This document shows, one piece after another, positions 53,037-62,103 of a stretch of 64,000 nt of DNA; position 1 is the first letter of the stretch, and every line of letters starts with the position of its first letter. Location: positions 1,233 through 65,232 of the forward strand of contig JAJDCK010000009.1 of the NCBI GenBank assembly GCA_029260855.1. Direction: 5' to 3'. The DNA is from Candidatus Saccharimonadota bacterium (GTDB lineage: Bacteria; Patescibacteriota; Saccharimonadia; Saccharimonadales; OFTM59). Made by a program: the position numbers and the translations under genes. The notes under the pieces are model-generated. The model saw nothing but the letters and a program-made list of their open reading frames with translations. It was not told the DNA's origin and did not search any database.

Positions 53037-53774
53037 ATGCTGGAGCCGCGATTATCGTCTGAACTTCCAGAACGATTCGCACTCCTCTACGATTACAAGT
53101 CCGGTATGTTTGGAGCTCCGCTTGATAAGGTTGGCATCGTGGATATTGATGCGCTGTACGAGCTAGCTATATGGACTTATCCTGATGAATTGCCCGACCT
53201 TAAGATCAATAGAGATAATCACCATGTTTATTGGACAGAGCAAGAATGGGAAGACTGGGCAGCTAGTCTGCCCCCGACCGAAAGCGATACAGTAACAACT
53301 TTTAGGAACTCAACACCGCAGATAGCATATGTTGCAAGGCCAATACATGCATGGATAGAAGAAAGCATAAAACGTCCGCCCCGCCCTCACATGGAGGTTA
53401 TGAAAAAACGCAATATATCCTGGGCGATATCAAAATTATTATTGGAGCAAGCTATCCTGCTAGACAAAGCTGTCATCAATTACAATGAAAAGAAAGGTAT
53501 AGTCCGTGCTATACCGGGTTATTTCGAAGGCTTAACACCAAAACATAAACGCAACGGCGTGCCAGTGCTTGAGAGAACGGACCGCGATTATTTGCAGAGT
53601 GAACTTGAGAGACGACTATTAGGTTGGCAGGCCTTAAAAGAGACGATTACCCAAACGCCCACAAAAAATCGTATAGTTCCTACGGCTAGATTAGCCGAAT
53701 TTCGTAAACTCGAAAAGAGGATTAAACACGGAGCAATAGTGCCTAAAACGCCAGAACTTTTACAAGTAGCTTAG
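53037..53774 (+). CDS. hypothetical protein (orphan)
   Basis: ORF of 245 aa counted from ATG 53037 (the ORF track starts at TTG 53025). It is Trp/Glu-rich (HHVYWTEQEWEDWAASLPP). No TM helix and no recognised family. It overlaps the convergent ftsK 3' end by 4 nt. Confidence 0.5.
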   Translation: MLEPRLSSELPERFALLYDYKSGMFGAPLDKVGIVDIDALYELAIWTYPDELPDLKINRDNHHVYWTEQEWEDWAASLPPTESDTVTTFRNSTPQIAYVARPIHAWIEESIKRPPRPHMEVMKKRNISWAISKLLLEQAILLDKAVINYNEKKGIVRAIPGYFEGLTPKHKRNGVPVLERTDRDYLQSELERRLLGWQALKETITQTPTKNRIVPTARLAEFRKLEKRIKHGAIVPKTPELLQVA

Positions 53775-55978
53775 GTAGTTTTGTCTTCTTCAGGGAAGTT
53801 TTCTTCGTAAATTTCGTCGTCAGCAGCGGCAGCAGTACCGGTTTGGCCGAATACTTCGTCCATAGAGCTGATTAATACCTCGCGCGGCCTCGAGCCGTCA
53901 GCCGGGCCTACAATACCCTGTTCTTCCATTGTTTCAATCAAGCGTGCTGCACGCCCATAACCAATGCGCAAGCGGCGCTGTAGCAGGCTAGTACTGGCTT
54001 TGTGGCCTTCGATAACCACTTTTATGGCATCCTTCCACATGTCGTCGTCGGCATCATTCTGGCCGTAATCGGCTACCACTCCGCCACGGCCATTTAACTG
54101 GACTGGCTGGGAGATAATCTCATCATCATAATTCGGTGGACGCTGCATACGTATAAAGTCAGTTACTTTCATCGTCTCTTCATCAGAGATAAATGAGCCC
54201 TGAATACGCTTAGGCTTAGGCATATCTGCTGTCAACAGCAGCATATCACCGAGACCTAACAATTTTTCAGCTCCAATCTGGTCAATAATAGTGCGAGAAT
54301 CCACCTGGCTAGCCGTAGTAAATGCAATTCTAGCTGGTACGTTAGCCTTAATAAGGCCGGTTATAACGTCTACGCTAGGTCGCTGTGTTGCCAGCACTAG
54401 ATGAATACCGGTAGCCCGAGCCTTTTGTGCCAGACGCACAATCAAGGATTCTACGTCGCGAGCGGCCATCATCATAAGATCAGCTAGCTCATCAATCACA
54501 ATGACAATGTACGGCATACCTTCTTCTTTTTTGAGGTTGTTATACTCCTGAATATTACGGCGGCCCACTTCTGCCATCGTCCTAAGTCGCCTCTCCATCT
54601 CAGCCACAGCCCATTTGAGTGCACTAATACATTTTTCTGGTTCATTTATAACAGGGGTAAGTAAATGAGGTATGTCGTTGTATGGAGTAAGCTCGACCTG
54701 CTTAGGGTCAACCAGAATCAGCTTAAGGTCAGACGGGCTGTTGTGATAGAGCAAGCTAGTCAGCACCGTGTTAATCATAACTGACTTACCCGACCCGGTT
54801 TGTCCGGCAATCAAAAGATGGGGCATTTTTACTAAGTCACCCATGACCGGTGCTCCAGCGATATCTTTGCCGATAACGAACCCAAGGGGGCTATTTAGAT
54901 CCTGCCAAGTTGATGACTGCAGAAGGCTACTGATGCGTACCGTAGCAGATTTAATGTTTGGCACCTCCACACCAACTAACCGCTTGCCGGGGATTGGAGC
55001 TTCCATGCGTATAGAATGAGCTGCAAGATCAAGTGACAGGTTGTTTTCTAGAGCTGTTATCTTGGTTAGCTTGACTCCTGTCGGCGGCTTAAGGGTGTAT
55101 TGGGTAACGCGTGGACCAATATTAGCGCCCTCCATTTCTACTGCAATATTAAAGTTGTTAAAGGTCTCTTTTATAATTTCGGCGTTTTCTTCTACATTAC
55201 CGGCATCAGCTTTATCTTGTTTTTGAATTAGTAGGCTAAGTGGCGGAAACTGCCAGTTCGGATCATTCGCTGTAGTCAACGCCTGATGGTCAGCTGCTGG
55301 CGCCAATTTCTCTGCGGTGTTACGAAAGCTGCTCAGACGTGAGCTTTCTCGGCCGGAGTGATGCTCTACGGGTACACCTTCGTTTAGCTTAAAGCCCCTG
55401 TCTTCTGCTTTAGCCTTGAGCTCACTCAGATCGGTAGTTTCTTCGTTCTTTTTAAAGCCATCCAGCAGCTGCAAAAATACTCTTGGCGAGATGCCAAAGG
55501 TAAGTAAGTATGTCAGCAACGTCAGCACAAAGAACAACAGACTGGCCGGCACCTGGTTAAGTGCGGTCAAAACCATGCCACCGATTCCTTGCCCAATCGC
55601 GCCCCCTTGCGCACTCTCCCATCTTCCAAAATCGTACTGACCAAAAGCGAGTTGCAGCCACGTCGCTGTAGTAATAAGCAAGGTGAGCATGCTGACAAAT
55701 TTATTAAACGGGACCTGGTAGTCTTCGTTTTTGAACTTGTGAACACCAAAGAACACTAGTGCTACAGGGGTTAGGTATGCAGCCAAACCTAGAGCAGCGT
55801 ACGCTGCCTCAAATAGGCTCAACGGCAACGGGCCACCAGCTCCAAACCCGCCAAGAATCAAAAACAACGCCAAGACGAACATAAGGATGGCGCCAGCAAG
55901 AGGCCAAAAAGCCGATCGCTCCGCGACTTCTGGTGTTGTCTTTTTTCTTTTAGCTGATTTTTTCTTTTTTTTGGCCAT
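53771..55978 (-). CDS. ftsK: DNA translocase FtsK
   Basis: 735-aa ORF with N-terminal TM helices, a motor domain with Walker A GQTGSGKSV and Walker B VIVIDELADLMM, and a C-terminal gamma wHTH domain (SLLQRRLRIGYGRAARLIETMEEQGIVG). Confidence 0.93.
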   Translation of the reverse strand: MAKKKKKSAKRKKTTPEVAERSAFWPLAGAILMFVLALFLILGGFGAGGPLPLSLFEAAYAALGLAAYLTPVALVFFGVHKFKNEDYQVPFNKFVSMLTLLITTATWLQLAFGQYDFGRWESAQGGAIGQGIGGMVLTALNQVPASLLFFVLTLLTYLLTFGISPRVFLQLLDGFKKNEETTDLSELKAKAEDRGFKLNEGVPVEHHSGRESSRLSSFRNTAEKLAPAADHQALTTANDPNWQFPPLSLLIQKQDKADAGNVEENAEIIKETFNNFNIAVEMEGANIGPRVTQYTLKPPTGVKLTKITALENNLSLDLAAHSIRMEAPIPGKRLVGVEVPNIKSATVRISSLLQSSTWQDLNSPLGFVIGKDIAGAPVMGDLVKMPHLLIAGQTGSGKSVMINTVLTSLLYHNSPSDLKLILVDPKQVELTPYNDIPHLLTPVINEPEKCISALKWAVAEMERRLRTMAEVGRRNIQEYNNLKKEEGMPYIVIVIDELADLMMMAARDVESLIVRLAQKARATGIHLVLATQRPSVDVITGLIKANVPARIAFTTASQVDSRTIIDQIGAEKLLGLGDMLLLTADMPKPKRIQGSFISDEETMKVTDFIRMQRPPNYDDEIISQPVQLNGRGGVVADYGQNDADDDMWKDAIKVVIEGHKASTSLLQRRLRIGYGRAARLIETMEEQGIVGPADGSRPREVLISSMDEVFGQTGTAAAADDEIYEENFPEEDKTT

Positions 55979-56074
55979 AACTTACTATTAAAATTATATC
56001 ACTTTTCAACTGGGTTAGCATATGCTTCTGGGTAGATACATTAAGTTTATTGGCAGCATCATACGTAACGCTGA

Positions 56075-56103
56075 TATTATAGCAATTTTTACAACCTTTG
56101 TCA
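56075..56103 (-). promoter_or_regulatory. consensus sigma-70 promoter of ftsK
   Basis: Minus-sense TTGACA (56103-56098), 17-nt spacer, TATAAT (56080-56075): a perfect consensus. Confidence 0.65.
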
Positions 56104-56132
56104 ATCGTACTTGCGCTGCCGTGGGTACTTAA

Positions 56133-58178
56133 TTAGTCGGTGCGGGCGTCTTGGCCTAGCAGGCGAGCGCGCATCTCTTCAAATCGTCTCTGCTGTTCGG
56201 CGGCGATGTCTTCTGGTTTTTGTTGGGCAGCTTGAGCTTGACCATTGCCGTTTTGTTGTGGTTTTTCAACCCCACTTGGTTTGCCGCTTATAACGTTCAC
56301 CACCGGGATAACAATCGGGCTGCGTTGTGTTTGTTCAAACAAAAAGTGCGTCACGTGTTCACGGATTTCAATCTTGAAACGATCCAAATCAACACGTTTA
56401 AAGCGTTGTTGTACAGCACGACGCAATTCTGTACGGAAGGCATTCATTAGCTCCTCGTTGTCGCGCATGTATATAAAGCCCCGACTAATAATGTCCGGGC
56501 TCGTCATGAGTTGACCAGACTTTTTATCGATGGTCAGGACAACTGCAACCAGACCCTCTTCGGAGAGCAGCAACCTGTCCTTAATAACGATACTGCTAAC
56601 AATCGCCCCAGTCTGGTCAACCAATACCGTACCGTTCTGAACTCGGCCGGTAATTTCCATTTTATCCGGGGAAAGCTCAATAACCTCACCATTTTCAGCG
56701 TTAACCATGTTCCTGCGTGGAATACCCTCTTCAACTGCAATTTCAATATGCTGCCTCTTAGCTGTGTAGTCACCGTAAATAGGGACGAAGAACTTCGGCT
56801 TGGTCATATTAATCATGTCTTTGTATTCGTCGATGCTGCCATGGCCAGAAACATGTAGGGGCCCCATGCCATCTATCTCGCGGGTTTCGTGACGGAAAAC
56901 ATGGACACCCTTACGGAATAGGTCGTCCACCATAGCGCGAATCTTAGAGTCATTACCTGAGTAAGGAATCGGTGTGGACGACAAAATGACTGTGTCCTGC
57001 TCCTTTAGCTTCACGTGGCGGTGTTCACCATTACTCATACGCTGTAAGGCCGAGCTTGGCTCGCCCTGAGAGCCAGTACAAACCACTACCAAGTCAGTAT
57101 CTTTCATGGTTGCGGCTGCAGCAATTGGTACGAAAGTTCCCTTTGGAATCTTCACAAATCCGTGACGGACAGCCATCTCTAGAGTAGAAACCATACTACG
57201 ACCGTCCATGGCAACTTTTTTGTTGTTATGTACGGCTGCATTGATGATCATCTGCACACGATTCATGTTAGTAGAGAACAGACCAACAAATATACGACCA
57301 GGTGCTTGTTTCATTATATCCGTAAAGCTCTGCTCGATCGTACTCTCACTCGGCGTACGTCCTGGACGCTCGGTCGTGGTGCTTTCTGACAATAGCGCTA
57401 AAACACCTTCGCTGCCAAGCTGTATCAGCCGCTCGGTGTCTGTACGTTCATGGTCCAGAGGGTTCGGGTCTAGACGGAAATCACCAGTGTTGATAATACG
57501 TCCAATCGGCGTGTCTAGCACTATAACCGTTGATCCCGGAATAGAGTGTGTAACCCGCACCAACTCTACATAAAATGGGCCGATCTTTAGTCGTTCGTGG
57601 GTGTCTTCATTCATCATTACGGTCTGTAGTTCGAAGCCTTCGGGCATGGGCAGGCCAAAGTTGCCGAAAATTTCTTCTACTCGACCAATCGAAAACTTTG
57701 AGCCGTAAATCGGCGCCGGGAACTTCGGCACCAGGTGCGGCATGCCGCCTATATGGTCAAGGTGGCCATGTGTAATTATGTAAGCTTTGATCTTGTGGCG
57801 GATAGTTTCTAGGTAGGCTGTGTCGCATATACCGTAGTTAATCCCAGGAAGATCAACCCCCAGGTCGTTACCGCAGTCCATGATCACAGCATCGTTCATA
57901 TACTCCACAACGATCATGTTTTTGGACCCACCACCGTCCATACCACCTAGCCCAATAATTTTCACTCTCGGGTTATCGTCTATAACGTTAGCCCGTGATC
58001 TATCTTGAGATTGTGGCTCGCTGTTGTTAGAAGCGTACTGGCTTAATATACGGTGGGCGTCTTCTTGGTTGCGCTTTTGTGCGCGCATGGCGGCACCACG
58101 ACTTATCGAGCGACCTTCAGTTATGGGTTTTTGCTGTTTGCTTTGCCCTGTGTTGTTAGGTTTGTTGTTCTGGTACAT
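56133..58178 (-). CDS. rnj: ribonuclease J (beta-CASP metallo-beta-lactamase RNase) with ~70-aa basic/low-complexity N-terminal extension
   Basis: 681-aa ORF with motif ITHGHLDHIGG, beta-CASP motifs and a C-terminal domain. The tail is Q/A-rich. Confidence 0.9.
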   Translation of the reverse strand: MYQNNKPNNTGQSKQQKPITEGRSISRGAAMRAQKRNQEDAHRILSQYASNNSEPQSQDRSRANVIDDNPRVKIIGLGGMDGGGSKNMIVVEYMNDAVIMDCGNDLGVDLPGINYGICDTAYLETIRHKIKAYIITHGHLDHIGGMPHLVPKFPAPIYGSKFSIGRVEEIFGNFGLPMPEGFELQTVMMNEDTHERLKIGPFYVELVRVTHSIPGSTVIVLDTPIGRIINTGDFRLDPNPLDHERTDTERLIQLGSEGVLALLSESTTTERPGRTPSESTIEQSFTDIMKQAPGRIFVGLFSTNMNRVQMIINAAVHNNKKVAMDGRSMVSTLEMAVRHGFVKIPKGTFVPIAAAATMKDTDLVVVCTGSQGEPSSALQRMSNGEHRHVKLKEQDTVILSSTPIPYSGNDSKIRAMVDDLFRKGVHVFRHETREIDGMGPLHVSGHGSIDEYKDMINMTKPKFFVPIYGDYTAKRQHIEIAVEEGIPRRNMVNAENGEVIELSPDKMEITGRVQNGTVLVDQTGAIVSSIVIKDRLLLSEEGLVAVVLTIDKKSGQLMTSPDIISRGFIYMRDNEELMNAFRTELRRAVQQRFKRVDLDRFKIEIREHVTHFLFEQTQRSPIVIPVVNVISGKPSGVEKPQQNGNGQAQAAQQKPEDIAAEQQRRFEEMRARLLGQDARTD

Positions 58179-58217
58179 AGTTTTTTAAATTTCCTTTCAA
58201 AAAATTCTGTAAATTGC

Positions 58218-58778
58218 TTATATTGCTTTCAAAATTTGTGGGATAAGAGCAAAGTCATCAATCAATGTCTGCCTCATACCTCCGTTATATAGCGCCGCTG
58301 CCGGGTGGAACAAAGGCAGGTAAATCTGGTCTTTGAACTTTTTGGGCTGGCCATGCACTTGGCTGATTTTCAGCCCGGGCAGTAGCACATCCATGCTGTG
58401 CCTGCCTAGGGTGACAATCAATTTTGGTCTAATTATTTCAAGCTGCTGTCTCAGATAGGGTAAGAACGCCGTCTTTTCCTCGGGCAACGGATCACGATTG
58501 TTCGGCGGCCGATATTTTACAATGTTCGTAATATAAATATCCCCCCTCTTCAGCCCGATCATCTCCAGCATCTCATTTAGAAACTTCCCGGCTGCTCCAA
58601 CAAATGGTTTGCCTTGCAGATCCTCGTTTTTACCTGGCGCCTCACCGATAAAAACCATATCGGCATCCGGGTTACCGTCCCCAAATACCAGCTGCGTCGC
58701 CTGCTCCGCCAACTCCTCGCAGACTTTGTTTATAATGATTCGTTCCTTCACTTTTTCAAGTTGTGACTGTTTACCCAT
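58218..58778 (-). CDS. uracil-DNA glycosylase, family 4
   Basis: 186-aa ORF with FIGEAPGKNED (the GEAPG motif) and LFHPAAALYN (the HPAA motif). Confidence 0.85.
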   Translation of the reverse strand: MGKQSQLEKVKERIIINKVCEELAEQATQLVFGDGNPDADMVFIGEAPGKNEDLQGKPFVGAAGKFLNEMLEMIGLKRGDIYITNIVKYRPPNNRDPLPEEKTAFLPYLRQQLEIIRPKLIVTLGRHSMDVLLPGLKISQVHGQPKKFKDQIYLPLFHPAAALYNGGMRQTLIDDFALIPQILKAI

Positions 58779-59145
58779 TGCTAGCCTTTTTATGTAATTC
58801 AGCGCTTATCCTTTGCTTATCGCCTTGTGAAAGCGCCTTGGTCGTGTAATATGGCGGGCTTGCTGTGGCTGTGTATTGCAAAAAGAAGTACACGAGAAAA
58901 TGTAGCATTTCCAAGATGAAGATCATAATTGTCCAGTTTTTATCAAGGTAGATGATGCTAAGGGCTATGGGCACATAGATAAACAGGATTGGGTACAGAC
59001 CTAAACTATTCTTAGCCAAATAGCCATTTGGGGCTTTCCCGGAAGATGGGCCACCAAACCACCAAGGATGTTTGCGCATAAAGGCAGCGACTTTAGAATT
59101 ACTGTGCCAATTTATGAAGAATGGAATGGGTTTCATTAAGTTCAT
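58771..59145 (-). CDS. hypothetical membrane protein
   Basis: 124-aa ORF with 2 predicted TM helices, overlapping the udg start by 8 nt. Confidence 0.5.
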   Translation of the reverse strand: MNLMKPIPFFINWHSNSKVAAFMRKHPWWFGGPSSGKAPNGYLAKNSLGLYPILFIYVPIALSIIYLDKNWTIMIFILEMLHFLVYFFLQYTATASPPYYTTKALSQGDKQRISAELHKKASNG

Positions 59146-59184
59146 GGTTTGCTCTCCAACGGTATTTTGCTGAGCTCTTGTTGC

Positions 59185-59385
59185 TTATTTGTTGCCATGG
59201 GTTTTTAAAGAACGAATCAAATATTTGACTGCGAAAACTAAGAAAACTATACCTAAGAAGTACTGGAACAAACTGCCGCTATCTATAGCAAGCGATACGA
59301 ACAGATACGATATCAGCAAACTGGCTGCCGAGGCGACGAACAATTTTGTTCGTGTGCTGAGTGTTTTATCCGATGTCTTTGCCAT
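59185..59385 (-). CDS. small membrane protein
   Basis: 66-aa ORF with two TM helices, beginning 1 nt after the pnp stop. Confidence 0.45.
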   Translation of the reverse strand: MAKTSDKTLSTRTKLFVASAASLLISYLFVSLAIDSGSLFQYFLGIVFLVFAVKYLIRSLKTHGNK

Positions 59386-59386
59386 C

Positions 59387-61531
59387 TTAACCTTCTTTTT
59401 TGCCGTTTAGCTCGCGGGCAGCTGCCTTCATACTTAGATTTAACCTACCTTTTTCATCAATTGCTACTAATTTCACAGTAACCAGATCGCCTTCTTTGAC
59501 GACATCGCTTGGCTTGCCTACGCGCTCTTCACTCATTTCTGAAACGTGCACTAGGCCGTCCTTGCCGGGTAAAATCTGCACGAAAGCACCAAAGTCCATA
59601 ACACTAACAACGGGTACATTTTCGTAAATAGTGCCGACTTCAGGCTCTACGGTAAGGTGCTTGATGTACTGGATGGCTCCGTCAATTGATTTCTTATCAG
59701 GGCTAGAAATAAACACCGTACCGTCGTCTTTGATGTCAATCTCGGCACCCGTCTCGGCAATGATCTTATTGATAGTCTCGCCACCTTTACCTATGACTTC
59801 ACGGATCTTATCGGGGTTAATCTTGATTGACTCTACGCGAGGGGCGTACGGACTCATTTCTTTGCGCGGTTCAGCCATGACACTTATCATGTGGTCAAGA
59901 ATCTTAGCGCGGCCAGCTTTGCCCTCTTGCAAGGCCTGCTTCAGGATATCTATACCCAAGCCGTGCACCTTCATATCCATCTGTAGCGCTGTTATACCAT
60001 TAGCGGTACCGGTAACCTTAAAATCCATATCCCCGGCAAAATCTTCAGCGTCTGCAATGTCGGTTAAGATATAAGATTTGTCGCCGTCTAGCATCAACCC
60101 CATGGCAATACCACTGACTAGAGCCTTAAGCGGCACACCCGCGTCCATTAGAGCTAAACAGCTTGAGCAAGTCGCCGCCATGGACGTACTACCGTTTTGG
60201 CTCATGATTTCAGTTACTGAACGGATTGCGTACGGAAAAGTTGCCTCGTCTGGGATTACGGATAAGAGAGCGCGCTCGGCAAGTGCACTGTGGCCGATTT
60301 CGCGCCGGCCTGGGCTACCGAGTCGGCGGACTTCGCCAACGGTATAGCCAGGTGCGTTGTAGTGGTGCATGTAGCGCTTTTCATCATCGTTGCGCTCCAT
60401 CGTGTCAAGCATCTGTGCGTAGCTAAGTGGTGCCAGCGTAACTATGTTCATAGCTTGTGTCACACCTCTAGTAAAGAGGGCTGAACCATGCGCACGAGGC
60501 AAGAAGCCGACCTCACTGGATAGTGGGCGTACTTCATCCAGCTTTCGGCCGTCTGGACGAGTTTGATCGTTGATAATGCCTGCGCGTACGTCCTTATGGA
60601 TCGCCATATTGAAGGCTTCGTCGTAGTCGTTTTTCACGTCGGCAAAAACTTCACCAAGCTTCTCGCCAAACTCCAGCTCCAATGATCCCCGCAGTTGCTG
60701 AACGAGCTCGTTGCGCTCTGGGTAGGGCACCCTGAGTCCTTGTCCGAGCTTGTCTTTCACCCATGCGTCAACTTCTTTTTGGATGCCTTCATCAGGCACG
60801 GCAAGTTCATATTTTTGCGCCGTGACGCCTACTTTAGCAATCAGTTCCTTTTGAAGCTTAATGGCTGGCTGCATAGCTGTGTGAGCAAACTGCAAGGCTT
60901 CTACTATCTGTTCTTCGGTAACTTCATCGGCACCAGCTTCTACCATCATAATGGCATCGTCTGTACCGGCAACAACCAGGTCCAGCTTACCGCTAAGAAG
61001 CTGTTCTGAAGATGGAAAAGCTGTCAGTTTACCGTCTACTAAACCTACTCGCAGGCCAGCGACCGGGCCTTCAAATGGAGCACCAGTAAGCATGAAGGCC
61101 GAGCTCATCGCAATCATAGCGACCATGTCGGGGCGGAAGCTTGGATCCATACTCAGCACAGTTGCTACCCCTTGGACCTCGTGACGATAACCTTTTGGCC
61201 ACAACGGACGAATTGGTCGGTCAATAAGTCGCCCGATCAATACTGCATCATCAGACGGACGACCTTCTCGTTTGACGAATCGTGAGCCGCTGATTTTGCC
61301 AGCCGCGTAAAACTTTTCTTCGTAATCTATGGATAAAGGGAAATAGTCCATTCCCTTAACAGATTTAGGGCTAACCATAGCCGTAGCCAGGACAACTGTG
61401 TCACCGTAACGAGCTAGGACCGATGCCGTGCTACGAAAGCCAACACGGTTTACTTCAAGTGTTAGCGTCCGGCCGCAAAGCTCGGTTTCTAATTTTATAA
61501 TTTCTTTGCCTAATGGATTTATTGTACTCAC
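59387..61531 (-). CDS. pnp: polyribonucleotide nucleotidyltransferase (PNPase), GTG start
   Basis: 714-aa ORF with two RNase PH domains, KH (IREVIGKGGETINKI) and S1 (GAFVQILPGKDGLVHVSE) domains. The start codon is GTG at 61531-61529. Confidence 0.95.
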   Translation of the reverse strand: MSTINPLGKEIIKLETELCGRTLTLEVNRVGFRSTASVLARYGDTVVLATAMVSPKSVKGMDYFPLSIDYEEKFYAAGKISGSRFVKREGRPSDDAVLIGRLIDRPIRPLWPKGYRHEVQGVATVLSMDPSFRPDMVAMIAMSSAFMLTGAPFEGPVAGLRVGLVDGKLTAFPSSEQLLSGKLDLVVAGTDDAIMMVEAGADEVTEEQIVEALQFAHTAMQPAIKLQKELIAKVGVTAQKYELAVPDEGIQKEVDAWVKDKLGQGLRVPYPERNELVQQLRGSLELEFGEKLGEVFADVKNDYDEAFNMAIHKDVRAGIINDQTRPDGRKLDEVRPLSSEVGFLPRAHGSALFTRGVTQAMNIVTLAPLSYAQMLDTMERNDDEKRYMHHYNAPGYTVGEVRRLGSPGRREIGHSALAERALLSVIPDEATFPYAIRSVTEIMSQNGSTSMAATCSSCLALMDAGVPLKALVSGIAMGLMLDGDKSYILTDIADAEDFAGDMDFKVTGTANGITALQMDMKVHGLGIDILKQALQEGKAGRAKILDHMISVMAEPRKEMSPYAPRVESIKINPDKIREVIGKGGETINKIIAETGAEIDIKDDGTVFISSPDKKSIDGAIQYIKHLTVEPEVGTIYENVPVVSVMDFGAFVQILPGKDGLVHVSEMSEERVGKPSDVVKEGDLVTVKLVAIDEKGRLNLSMKAAARELNGKKEG

Positions 61532-61729
61532 TTATCCTTCTTTCTGAGGTGATAGGGTTCAAGCACCCTTTAGTCGTAAGGGGACCTGTGCTCCATCACC
61601 TGCTTTGATTTATAATTTTACACCTTACAATTCACATCTATTTATCAATTTTCATCGTTTAGGCATTTAGTAAATGTTAACCGTGAAATAAATAACAAAT
61701 GTGAAATGACAAATGTGAAATTTAAGGTT

Positions 61730-61996
61730 CTATCGGCGAATGCCTAGTTTTTTGATTAATTCTAGGTATTGTTTGCTGTCTTTGTCGGCAATATATTTCA
61801 GCAGTCGTTTACGCTTACCTACGGCCTGCAAAAGACCACGTCGAGCCATAAAATCATGCTTGTTAGCCTTAAGATGTTCAGTAAGCTCTTTGACTCGCTC
61901 GGTAAGAATGCCGACCTGAACAGCGCTACTGCCAGTGTCGTTTTTGCTTGCTTGCAGGTCTTTTACTATAGCCTGTTTTTTCTCAGTTGAAATCAT
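61730..61996 (-). CDS. rpsO: 30S ribosomal protein S15
   Basis: 88-aa ORF containing GSSAVQVGILTERVKELTEHLKANKHDFMARRGLLQAVGKRKRLLKY. Confidence 0.95.
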   Translation of the reverse strand: MISTEKKQAIVKDLQASKNDTGSSAVQVGILTERVKELTEHLKANKHDFMARRGLLQAVGKRKRLLKYIADKDSKQYLELIKKLGIRR

Positions 61997-62048
61997 GTAC
62001 TTCCTTGAATAATTAATTTATGACGAGATTACGATGGCGTTACGGATA

Positions 62049-62077
62049 ACTCTAGCACACCTGCCCCTGTTAAGCAA
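62049..62077 (-). promoter_or_regulatory. sigma-70-type promoter of rpsO
   Basis: Minus-sense TTGCTT (62077-62072), 17-nt spacer, TAGAGT (62054-62049). Confidence 0.5.
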
Positions 62078-62103
62078 GGGGTATTCTTGCAAGTGGTGTG
62101 GAC

